Of a stretch of 64,000 nt of DNA, positions 1 to 9,900 are shown in pieces. Position numbers and translations under genes: made by a program. How positions within the stretch are numbered: the stretch's first letter is position 1; each line of letters starts with the position of its first letter. Origin of the DNA: a virus; the IMG/VR virus record IMGVR_UViG_3300030012_005163, positions 32,001 through 96,000 of that record; one strand, written 5' to 3'. The notes beneath the pieces were generated by a model. That model searched no databases. It saw only the letters and a list, made by a program, of their open reading frames with translations, and was not told where the DNA came from.

Positions 1-425
1 CCTATCTCTTCTCTAACTATTTGTCTAATATCATTAGTTTCATAATTAGATGTGGGTGTTGGTAGTGGTTGTTGTGTGGGAACACTTTCATTTACTAAGT
101 CTTGTACATCTGATAATTCAAAAGTATGATTAGGAGACTCAGGAATCTCTATTGGGTTATTAACCATTGCATCTAATACTTCTTTAGGCATCTTAGATGT
201 TTTTAAATTCCTATATTGTCCATTTTGTGGTGCTACTGACCTAGTACTACCCTTAGAATGTCTACTAATGTAATCTTCTGTTAAGTTCGGTATTTCTTTT
301 TCTTCAGATGAAAAAGAATTACCACCTTGTGTATTTTTAATAGTAGAACCATGATTTTCATCAGTTTTTTGCATTACCGCTTTAGATCTACTTAATATTT
401 CTGCTAATTTACTTGCGTTACTCAT
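1..425 (-). CDS. Hypothetical phage protein, runs off the left edge (MSNASKLAEILSRSKAVMQ...DIRQIVREEI)
   Basis: Hand translation: ATG at 425-423, two nt after the stop of 428..796, open to the window edge. Not in the supplied ORF track. Confidence 0.8.
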   Translation of the reverse strand, partial: MSNASKLAEILSRSKAVMQKTDENHGSTIKNTQGGNSFSSEEKEIPNLTEDYISRHSKGSTRSVAPQNGQYRNLKTSKMPKEVLDAMVNNPIEIPESPNHTFELSDVQDLVNESVPTQQPLPTPTSNYETNDIRQIVREEI

Positions 426-427
426 AA

Positions 428-796
428 TTATTCAAATTTTGTTATATAATATATGTTTGTCATATCTTTATCTCCTGTTGGGTTAAATAGTGGTTTAGCT
501 TCATTAAACGTACCACCTAATGTTCTCATATTTTGCATTCTATCAGTCCTAAATAATTTCCAACCTGGTTGTATAGTTTTTGTGTCACCACCTACTTGAT
601 ACACCCTTATTACTTCGTTTCCCGCTTTAGATACTCCATAACAATATATTTGTACCCATCTTTTTCCTTTTCCACCTGGATCTTCTTCATCATCATAGTT
701 TAACTCAATAATTCTACGTTTACGCATAGCATTCATTATGTCACCCTTAGCGGCAACTTCTAATATAAGACTTTCTGCTAAATTGTAAAGTTTCAT
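428..796 (-). CDS. Stand-alone WYL-domain protein (no HTH)
   Basis: IELNY...KRWVQIYCYG...VIRVYQ...GWKLFRTDRM matches the WYL pattern (Y...R.v.P..l...w...r.FRlDRI). Confidence 0.75.
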   Translation of the reverse strand: MKLYNLAESLILEVAAKGDIMNAMRKRRIIELNYDDEEDPGGKGKRWVQIYCYGVSKAGNEVIRVYQVGGDTKTIQPGWKLFRTDRMQNMRTLGGTFNEAKPLFNPTGDKDMTNIYYITKFE

Positions 797-802
797 TATG
801 AT

Positions 803-1117
803 TTAAGTAGCTTTAAATTGATTTTTATTACCATCTGTTGATGGTGTCTCATATGGTTTTTCTGCACTATACTTATTTTTTGCAATATTTGCAATTCTAC
901 CAGAACCTGGTTCGTTAGATGAACCTATTTCATCACTTAATGAACCACCATTATATGTATCTAAAAAATTGCCTGTACCTTTACCTTTATTATCCCCATC
1001 TGATTTAGCATTAGGGTGTTTAGCGCCATATTGGTTTCCTTCACCATTCTGATAAGTATTTTTGATTATATTGTCTGTTCTGAATTGTTTACCTAATTCT
1101 TCTAATTTACTCGCCAT
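803..1117 (-). CDS. Hypothetical Gly/Asn-rich phage protein
   Basis: ORF track; co-oriented and tightly packed with its neighbours. Confidence 0.7.
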   Translation of the reverse strand: MASKLEELGKQFRTDNIIKNTYQNGEGNQYGAKHPNAKSDGDNKGKGTGNFLDTYNGGSLSDEIGSSNEPGSGRIANIAKNKYSAEKPYETPSTDGNKNQFKAT

Positions 1118-1121
1118 TTTT

Positions 1122-1658
1122 TTATTTTTTATAATTATACGTTATTAATTTCTTTATTTTTTTTACTTCTTCGTAAACTGGTTTACCTCTAGATATTTGT
1201 CCACTAATGTCTTTATGTATTTTAGGTAAATTTATTTTTAAAGTTTCTCTATTAACTTTATTAACATCTTTGTTATGAGATTTAATGAATTGGTTAGATA
1301 ATCCTGTTTCCATTTTTATCTTTTTAGGTGCTTTAATTGCGGCAGTTTCTCTATTTAATGTAGAGTCTACCCAATTATGCATTGTTTTTCCACCATTTAA
1401 TCTATATTCCATATCATCCGTACTACCTTCAAATGTATCAAACCAATTTTTAATTCTTTTCATTTGTGAGTATTCTATTAGATTGTTATTTAATATTCCT
1501 TTAGCTCTTTTATATCCCTCACTTGTTTTACCATTTTTATTTAATGCTTCATATCTTTTTACTGCAGAATTAATTGCATTGGTTACATATTCAGGACATG
1601 ACCAATATTTGCCACGTAATTCACTATTACCACCTTTATTCTCCTTCCTGTTCGCCAT
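1122..1658 (-). CDS. Hypothetical phage protein, ending in EEVKKIKKLITY
   Basis: ORF track; overlaps the end of the upstream gene 1636..2319 in an operon-like arrangement. Confidence 0.7.
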   Translation of the reverse strand: MANRKENKGGNSELRGKYWSCPEYVTNAINSAVKRYEALNKNGKTSEGYKRAKGILNNNLIEYSQMKRIKNWFDTFEGSTDDMEYRLNGGKTMHNWVDSTLNRETAAIKAPKKIKMETGLSNQFIKSHNKDVNKVNRETLKINLPKIHKDISGQISRGKPVYEEVKKIKKLITYNYKK

Positions 1659-2319
1659 ATTTAATTTTATCCCCTAAAATTTCTTTATGTTTTTCACTAA
1701 TTAAATCTATTTTTACATTTTTAATTAAATGATTTAATAAAATTGCCAATTCTTCACCATTTAATTCTTCTTTTTCAACTAGACTTAATAAATGATTTAA
1801 CTTGTGAATAACCATAGGTTTTTCAAAAGTTTTTTTTAATTCACTTATATCTGCAATTTCTATTTCATCCCCAACTAAATCTTGTTCGTTAGTTTTTTTT
1901 ACCATTCCACTATCTGTCTTTTTCGATAAAAACATCTCATCGACTAATCCTTTCATTTTATTTTCTTCTAAAAAATCATAATTAAATTCAATATCATGAA
2001 ATGCTTCCAAATCTTGTATTGCTTCTGGTGAAATATTTTCTTCTATTTTCTCTTCTTCATTAACAACATAACTATAATTTATACCATAATAAGGACCACC
2101 ATATATAAAGTAAGCTTCAGGACCCTGTGTTGCTGCCCTAGCAAAATCATCACTAGTCTTTTTAGATTTAATAACCGAAGGAGTTGCCCTATAATTATCA
2201 TCTTTGTTAATTAATGAACCATCGATGTCAACTAACTCATTAACTTCTTCTTCGTCAATGACATTTTTCTTTTCATTAATATATTTATGAATATCGGACT
2301 TTTTATATGTTTTATTCAT
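1636..2319 (-). CDS. Hypothetical acidic phage protein
   Basis: ORF track; an ATATTTAT motif lies upstream on the minus strand (2336-2343). Confidence 0.75.
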   Translation of the reverse strand: MNKTYKKSDIHKYINEKKNVIDEEEVNELVDIDGSLINKDDNYRATPSVIKSKKTSDDFARAATQGPEAYFIYGGPYYGINYSYVVNEEEKIEENISPEAIQDLEAFHDIEFNYDFLEENKMKGLVDEMFLSKKTDSGMVKKTNEQDLVGDEIEIADISELKKTFEKPMVIHKLNHLLSLVEKEELNGEELAILLNHLIKNVKIDLISEKHKEILGDKIKYGEQEGE

Positions 2320-2335
2320 GTTTAAAGTTTTTTAT

Positions 2336-2364
2336 ATAAATATAACAGAAAACTAAATATTTAT
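2336..2364. promoter_or_regulatory. Back-to-back ATATTTAT motifs (putative late promoters) between divergent genes
   Basis: ATAAATAT at 2336-2343 (minus-strand copy) and ATATTTAT at 2357-2364; the same motif recurs before most structural genes. Confidence 0.55.
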
Positions 2365-2380
2365 TAATAAAGATAAAAAT

Positions 2381-4063
2381 ATGTCGGATTGTGAAAAGAA
2401 ATTTATAACTCAAGTAGACTTAGCGAGACAAGCAAATATCATAACAGGTAATACTGCCTGTTTTGATGGTAAAATACAGGCAGGTATACCATTTAGTGAA
2501 TACCCAACTGGTATCGATTTGAGTACGGTTACATTATTAAACCCAACAGATGGGGATGTACAAACGGCAGTTTTAAGTGGTAATAACATTACTACCTTAT
2601 TTGACGTTTCTAATCCTGCATCACCAAGTTTTATTCCGTCTATGTTTACTGGTACTTCACAAGAAGGTATACCCTATAGTTCTTTAACTTGGACAAATCC
2701 ACTTTATTCTGCTAGTACTAGCGGATTGACATTACCTATAACTATTGGGTATACGGGTGAAACAACTATTGGTCCTTATTGGGATATTACTATTTCAGGA
2801 ATGAATGGGACACACCCTATAGCTTTAGAATATAGTGGTTATAGTATTCAGTATGCATTTTATGATTTATTTGGTGATATAAGTGGGAGTACTTTTCCAC
2901 CTCCACCTTTTTCTGCCACCGTATACACCTCAATGACTGGTTTAGTAACGGCAACTTATTTAGCATATTCCGCAGCGTCTTTAGATTATACCGGACCTTT
3001 AGATTACTTAAGGAGTAAAGAAGATGCAACTATAGATAATAAATTAACTACTAAACAAATAAGAGTTACGGAAGGTGCGTCTTTAGGTACTATAGGTTAT
3101 GTGTTAACACAAGCAGAAAGTGACGGTACTGCAATATGGGCACCAGCATCTGGTGGGACATCAGGTTTAACTAATATATTTGTAACCGGTGGTACTTTAA
3201 CTGGGGACGAGTTAACATTAACAAGAAATGATGATGTAGAAATAGATATTGATTTAAGTGGGTTATCGGGTGGTACTATACCTAATTATGTAAATAGTGC
3301 TTCAACTACTTCTACAGTTGGTGGTATTACGGTAGGTAGTTCATTTCCTGCACCTGGTAAAACAATGCAAGAAATGTGGGACTTACTATTATATCCATAC
3401 CAACCACCAGCATTTACCAGTTTTAATCAAGGAGGACTTTTATCAGAATATGAATTAGGGCAAACAATATCGATTGGTGCACAAACTTTTACATGGGGTA
3501 CTAGTAATAGTGGTAACGTTGCAGATGGAATTCTAGGTAGTATTGAAATAAAAGAAGCAGATCCTGTAACTACGATAGCTAATTCATTAACTAATGATGG
3601 GACAGAAAGTATTATATTAACTAACGCAATGGGGCAAAATACTATTGGTTCTAAATTACTCTATACTATATTTGGTGAAAACACTATTGGTGGTACATTT
3701 AGTAGAACTTTATCTAGAACTTGGAAAGTTCAATGGTATTATGGTAAAAACGCTAATACTTCTATTACTTCAGGGCAAATGACGGCATTAGCAGGAAATG
3801 ATTTAGTAACTGGCGTTGTTAATGCATACGTAACACAACCAGCTACTGGTGGTGCGGAATATATGTATTGGTGTATTCCTGATATATTAGCACAACCTAC
3901 TGATATTAGAGATTCGGTTGCAGGATGTTTTGGAACTAACATACCTTATACCACATTATCTGATATACCAATAACAAACGCATTTGGTGTGGCAGTAAAC
4001 TATAAGATATATAGATCTGTTAATCCAACTAGTGCAGCATTTAACACATGGTTATGTAGTTAA
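2381..4063 (+). CDS. Thr/Gly/Ser-rich virion structural or fibre-associated protein
   Basis: Carries the FVTGGTL...L.L.RND...IDLS module shared with the downstream fibres; first gene of the fibre cluster. Confidence 0.6.
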   Translation: MSDCEKKFITQVDLARQANIITGNTACFDGKIQAGIPFSEYPTGIDLSTVTLLNPTDGDVQTAVLSGNNITTLFDVSNPASPSFIPSMFTGTSQEGIPYSSLTWTNPLYSASTSGLTLPITIGYTGETTIGPYWDITISGMNGTHPIALEYSGYSIQYAFYDLFGDISGSTFPPPPFSATVYTSMTGLVTATYLAYSAASLDYTGPLDYLRSKEDATIDNKLTTKQIRVTEGASLGTIGYVLTQAESDGTAIWAPASGGTSGLTNIFVTGGTLTGDELTLTRNDDVEIDIDLSGLSGGTIPNYVNSASTTSTVGGITVGSSFPAPGKTMQEMWDLLLYPYQPPAFTSFNQGGLLSEYELGQTISIGAQTFTWGTSNSGNVADGILGSIEIKEADPVTTIANSLTNDGTESIILTNAMGQNTIGSKLLYTIFGENTIGGTFSRTLSRTWKVQWYYGKNANTSITSGQMTALAGNDLVTGVVNAYVTQPATGGAEYMYWCIPDILAQPTDIRDSVAGCFGTNIPYTTLSDIPITNAFGVAVNYKIYRSVNPTSAAFNTWLCS

Positions 4064-4090
4064 TAAAAATATGAATAAAATTAATTAAAT

Positions 4091-6082
4091 ATGGCAGATT
4101 ACGGACCATTAGGTGGAGTTAAAATAGCGGGATTTATTTCGCCAGGTGATACTACAGATACTTATGCAGTTATTGATACCCAGTTAGGTATCGATGGATT
4201 AAGAAACTATAGTGGTAATACTAATGACGTTTTAACTGGTACTACCGTACCTTTACCGAGAAGAAGACCTGGTATGATTGTAGGTACGGAAAGTGGTGCA
4301 AGATATTTTAAATTAAAAGATAAAGACCCTTACGATTTTGACTTAACGGATTGGGATGAAATATTTTTTAGTGGTGGTGGATCAGGTTCCGCAATTACTG
4401 GTGGTACATATAGTGCAGGTACTTTAATATTAACCAATGGGACTGGAGGTACAATAACTGTCACCGGTTTCTCTTCAGATAATATTTACGTAACTGGAGG
4501 TACTGTGAGTACAGATGGTTTATTATTTTTAAATTGGAATAATGGTGGTACTGCTAACCCTATTGATTTATCAGATTTAATTTTTACTGGAAACACATCA
4601 GGAAATTGTATTACACAATTATTTGTTAAAAAGATTAGTGGGTGTACGGGAGAAGATTTACGTATAGGAGTCCAACCAGGACAAGATATATATTTTGATT
4701 CTACAGGTTCTACTACATCACCTTCATTATATATAAATCCAAAAGGACAAATTGGTGTTGGTACTAACACACCTTTTAGTTGGGCAACTAATGACGGTAC
4801 AGGTATAGAAGTTCATAATGATAGTACTAATGATCAGATACCATTAGCATTTACTGAATTAGGAACAAGAAGATTTTTCTTTGAGACTGATTTTGCCAAT
4901 ACTTCTAATCCAGTTCATATAAAAGGTAGTAGTAGTACTAATTTAATGACTTTTAATACTTCATCCTCTTCTGCGAGAGTTGGGGTAGGTACTACTGTAC
5001 CAGATGGAACATTTCAAATTGCTAAAGCAGGTTCAATTGCAAACCAAACTAAATATCCTGATGAGACTAATATAGTAATTAATAATACAAGTAATGGGTT
5101 TAGTGGTTCAACAGGTCCAAATAGTGCTGCATTTAGATTCGATCATGGAAGTGGTGAGGATCCCGGTGGTTTAATTATATCTAAAAGACTACCTGTATGG
5201 GATAGTGGGGAAAAAAGTACTACGTTAGAAATTTGGAATGCTTCAGGAGAAACATTATTTAAACGTATTGAAATTCAACCCGATGGTCATACCACAATAA
5301 GTGGTGATACATTTATTGGGGGTAATTTAAGAATATTAAATATTGGTAGTGGTACACCTATCGGTAATTTAGGTGTGGATATTAATGGTAATGTTGTTAC
5401 AGGTACAACTGGAGGTGGTGCTACGGGCACAACAGTTACCGCCTATACCTATAGTAATAATAATTTCACAATTAAACAAAGTGGTGGAGAACCTGACTTA
5501 ACTGCAAATATTAGTGTGGTAACAGGATTAACTGTTAATGGTGGTTTTAATGTTAATGGAGAATCTATTTTTAGTGGTGATAGTACAGATGTAGTAAAAA
5601 TATTTGGATCAGGCAATACCTCACCTTTATTTAGTGTAGAGGGTTCGGTTGGGGAATTATTCACAATCACAGATAGTTTAACTGGACAATTATTTGGTGT
5701 AAATAACGTATCAGGATTACCTATTTTAGAAGTCTATGACGACAATACTATATTGATGGGTAGTAATTTATCTCCTTCGTTAAACACAACTATTAAACAA
5801 ACTATTAATAGTGGTCAATCTACATTATATAGTATACCTATTAGTGCATATACAGGAGCATTTTTTGAATATACTGCCAAAAACACTGCGGGTGTTAGAG
5901 CAGGATCTATAATGTCAGTATTTAGTGGTAGTTCTGTAGAATTTAATGAAACAACAACAAATGATATTGGTAGTACAACCAATTTAACATTTGATATGAG
6001 TGTGACGGGTACGTCAGCAAATTTATTAGTATCTGCAACTACAAATAATTGGGAAATAAAAACAATAATAAGAAGTATCTAA
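4091..6082 (+). CDS. Tail-fibre-like virion protein
   Basis: GQIGVGTNTP/RVGVGTTVP triple-beta-type repeats, a GNTSGNC...C module and an IGSGTPIGNLG module shared with 6934..14583. Confidence 0.65.
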   Translation: MADYGPLGGVKIAGFISPGDTTDTYAVIDTQLGIDGLRNYSGNTNDVLTGTTVPLPRRRPGMIVGTESGARYFKLKDKDPYDFDLTDWDEIFFSGGGSGSAITGGTYSAGTLILTNGTGGTITVTGFSSDNIYVTGGTVSTDGLLFLNWNNGGTANPIDLSDLIFTGNTSGNCITQLFVKKISGCTGEDLRIGVQPGQDIYFDSTGSTTSPSLYINPKGQIGVGTNTPFSWATNDGTGIEVHNDSTNDQIPLAFTELGTRRFFFETDFANTSNPVHIKGSSSTNLMTFNTSSSSARVGVGTTVPDGTFQIAKAGSIANQTKYPDETNIVINNTSNGFSGSTGPNSAAFRFDHGSGEDPGGLIISKRLPVWDSGEKSTTLEIWNASGETLFKRIEIQPDGHTTISGDTFIGGNLRILNIGSGTPIGNLGVDINGNVVTGTTGGGATGTTVTAYTYSNNNFTIKQSGGEPDLTANISVVTGLTVNGGFNVNGESIFSGDSTDVVKIFGSGNTSPLFSVEGSVGELFTITDSLTGQLFGVNNVSGLPILEVYDDNTILMGSNLSPSLNTTIKQTINSGQSTLYSIPISAYTGAFFEYTAKNTAGVRAGSIMSVFSGSSVEFNETTTNDIGSTTNLTFDMSVTGTSANLLVSATTNNWEIKTIIRSI

Positions 6083-6083
6083 A

Positions 6084-6863
6084 ATGGCGTATTTTTATTC
6101 ACCTAAAATAGTGACTGATAATTTGGTGTTTTATATGGATGCACAAAACCCAAATTCCTACAATATAAATCAAGGTAAAGGATATAATTTAGTTAATCCT
6201 GAATTGAATACTTCTTTTACCCATTTAGACTTTGCCATTGATACGGATGCTGGTCCACCACCACCTGACCCATCTACAGTAACCGAAATTCCTATTGCCA
6301 TAGATGGGTATATAAAATCTTTTGAGTTTGATGGTAGTGATTATTATTTTAAAGGTGTAGGTACACCTATGGAAAATATACCTTCTGAATTAACTTATAC
6401 CGCTTGGATTAATCATGATAGAAGTGGTTCTGAAGGTTCTACATTATTTTTACCAGGTGCTGGAGGAAATGTAAATAGAACATGGCTATATATTTATAGC
6501 GATAATATTAATATGACTCTTAGTGATGGTACAGGACAGGCAGGATCAACATATACGGCATATACTTCCACTAACTATCCTAACCCTTTTAATTATGTAG
6601 TGACTACTGCTTCCGATAATGGGGATGGCTCTAGTACTATTAAAATATATGTTAATGGGAAAATAGTAAAAACAGAAACAAATGTGGGAGTAGTCTCAGG
6701 TAGGCCATCTGGACCAAACGAACCAGATGTTGCTAGAGGAGCTAGTTCTGGTGGGCAAAGATTTAGTGGGAAAATTGCATCAACCTCAATTTATACTAAA
6801 TGTCTTAGTGCAGATGAAGTCAAAAGAAACTTCGAAGCAATGAGAGGTAGATTTGGTCTTTAG
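6084..6863 (+). CDS. LamG/concanavalin A-like lectin-fold virion protein
   Basis: N-terminal KIVTDNLVFYMDAQNPNSY, FEFDGSDY, LTYTAWI, KIYVNG and F.GKIA...IYTK.LS.DEV..NF are typical of phage LamG jelly-roll proteins. Confidence 0.8.
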   Translation: MAYFYSPKIVTDNLVFYMDAQNPNSYNINQGKGYNLVNPELNTSFTHLDFAIDTDAGPPPPDPSTVTEIPIAIDGYIKSFEFDGSDYYFKGVGTPMENIPSELTYTAWINHDRSGSEGSTLFLPGAGGNVNRTWLYIYSDNINMTLSDGTGQAGSTYTAYTSTNYPNPFNYVVTTASDNGDGSSTIKIYVNGKIVKTETNVGVVSGRPSGPNEPDVARGASSGGQRFSGKIASTSIYTKCLSADEVKRNFEAMRGRFGL

Positions 6864-6933
6864 TTTTATTAAGTTCTATATATTTATATATAAATAATAA
6901 CATTTAATAACTGGAAAGGGAAAGTATTAAATA

Positions 6934-9900
6934 ATGGCAAACGAATTTATAATAAAAAACGGGTTTGTCTCTAAGGGTAACTCCATTGTTGAGGGTATTC
7001 TTTCAGGACAAACATTTAATCTTATTAACACACCTGTTAATAATAACTCAGCAACAGAAATTTTAGTAAGAAATTCTACCACAGGTGTAGTAGAATATAG
7101 AGATTCTTCTACTTTAAGTGGTGGTGGTGGTCAAACCATTACAGGATATACATACGATGAAACTACTAATAAATTTAGTATAGATTTAAGTGGTGGTACT
7201 TCTTTTGATACCACTATTAGTGTAGTAAGTGGTTTAACTGTAACTAATGATTTAATAGTTAGTGGTAATACAGGAATAGGAACTGATACACCAACAGAAA
7301 AGTTACATATAAAATCCACTACAAATGCTAAAATTAAAATAGAGGCAGACATAAATGACGTAGACGATACCGATACTGCGGATATTTTACTATCACAAGA
7401 TGGAGGTATATCAACCTCTAATATTGGTATGTCACCTGATTCGATAAACGATTTAGTTATAGGGGTTAACTCAACTACTAATCCCAGTATTAAGTTTGCG
7501 ACAAGAAATGATGGCACTACTTTTAGTACTACTGCAGATACCAAAATGACTTTAAGTAATGATGGTAAATTAGGTATTGGGACAATTCCAACAGAAAAAC
7601 TTGACGTTGATGGCAAGGTTAGAATTAGAGATGGTGCAGTTAATGGGTATGTGTTAACTTCTGATGCCAATGGTGTAGGTACATGGTTACCAACTAGTGG
7701 TACAAATACTTTTGTAACAGGTGCAACATTAAATGGTACTGATTTAGAAATTGATAGGAATGATGGACAATCTCAAATTACTGTAGATTTAAGTTCATTA
7801 GCGGTAGATAATAATGTTTTTGTTGATAGTGGAAATGCAAATGCAGCCACACGACAATTAACATTCACAAATACTACTGGTGGTACATTTAATGTCACCA
7901 ATGCTGCAGCATTATTTAGTGACAACGATATTAATGTTACAGGTGGTACATACAGTCCTAATACAGGATGTGTTACATTTAAGACAAACAGTGGAGATAC
8001 GTTTGACATATGTGGGTTTGTTACAGGATTAACTAATACTTTTGTATCTGGTGGTACATATGATAGTAGTACATCAGAATTAACATTTACAAATACAACG
8101 GGTGGAACTTTTAATGTTGATTTATCATCATTAAGTGGTGGTACACTTTGGCAAACTGAAAATGGTGGTTTAAAAAGTTACACACCAACTACAGGCTCAA
8201 TTAACGGAACTTCAACGGGATCTTTAATTGCTGGTGGATTTAGTACTAATGAAATTTTTTCATCACCGGGTTCTACTATATTAAATGGTAGTAGTAATGT
8301 AATTAGTGGTTCGACAACTTCGGCACTATTATCTACTCAAAACAGTTCGATTAAAAGTAATCCTTCTGCAGTTTCAGATATTTCACATGCAACAATTGTT
8401 GGTGGATTGAGCAATACTATAGAAGACACTACTGCACAACCATCAGAAAGAGCAACTATAGTAGGTGGTTCTTCTAATATTATTAATGGTGGTTTAGATA
8501 GTGCAATTATAGGTGGATCCGACAATACTATAGTAGAAGTTGATTCAGGTATATATACATCAACACAATCAGTTATTTCAGGAGGTAGTAGTTCTGCTAT
8601 AATAGGAGGTAGGAATCATCTATTATCTGGAAATAATTCAATAATTTTAGGTGGTAATGGTATTACTGGTACTAGTGATAACACTGTCTATGTACCTAAT
8701 TTAAACATTGGTACTGTTGGTGGTGGTGCACCTTTAATAAATTTAGGTTTAGATTCCAATGGTAATATTGTTACCGGATCAACTAGTGGCGGTGGTACAA
8801 TGTCATTCACAGTAGAGGGTGATAATGGTACACCATTCACTATAAGTTCTGGAGATACACTAGAATTTGTAGGTTTTCCTGGTATAGATGTAGGAGTGGC
8901 GGATCCTGAAGTTCGAATCGCATTAGACTACTCAGGTGCCGACTCATTTATTTTAGCAGCAACTAACGGAACAGGTATAACAGTAGATGGTGCAAATGAT
9001 AAATTAGTTATATATGATAATGATACGGCAACAGTAAAATATATTAATGCTAACCAACTTCCTTCTAGTGGTGCGGCTAGTACCCCAATAACCGGATATT
9101 CTTATAATCCCACTAGTAATACTTTTACTATCGGTTTAAGTGGTGGAACTTCTTTTGATTCACAAATTTTAGAAGTTAGTGGTATTACTGTTAATGGTGA
9201 TATAACTCTTTCTCAAATACCAACATTAAACAATAGTGAAACTGCAATATTAGTAAGAAATAATAGTACTGGTGAAGTGGAATATAGAGAAGCATCAACC
9301 TTAACCGGAAGTACAGATACTAATACATTTGTAACGGGTGGAACACTTTCCACTGATTCATTATTAACATTAGGTTATAATAACGGTGGATTTGCTAGTT
9401 CTATTGATTTAAGTACTTTAATGGATGGTGGTGACACTATTACTGGTTTTACGTATGATAAAACCAACAATACTTTTAGTATTGGGGTAAGTGGTAAAAC
9501 TTCTTTTGATTCACAAATTTTAAAAGTTAGTGGTATTACTGTTGAAAATTCTATGGAATTAGGCGAATATATTAGGCATAGTGGTGATACTAACACTTAT
9601 TTTGGATTTAACGGAACTGATAGTATTGTCGCCTTTACCAATGCAAGTAGAAAATTAAGAATTGGTACAAATGCAGTTGATTTAGAATATAATGGTAGTA
9701 CAAAACTATCCACTATTTCAGATGGTGTATTTGTGGATGGTAATTTAGGGGTTGGTACAGATAACCCATTAGAAAATTTAGATGTAAGAGGAGATGTTCT
9801 TATATCTAACCCATCTAATAATAGTGTATTAACATTAAGTGGTACTGCCTTAAATGACTCAATTATTGATTTTGATAATAATGGTGTATCAACACCTTTT

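Noticed and set aside
1285-1677. 130-aa hydrophobic plus-strand ORF
   Set aside because: Antisense shadow of the Lys/Asn-rich gene 1122..1658; the hydrophobicity is the expected complement of A-rich codons.
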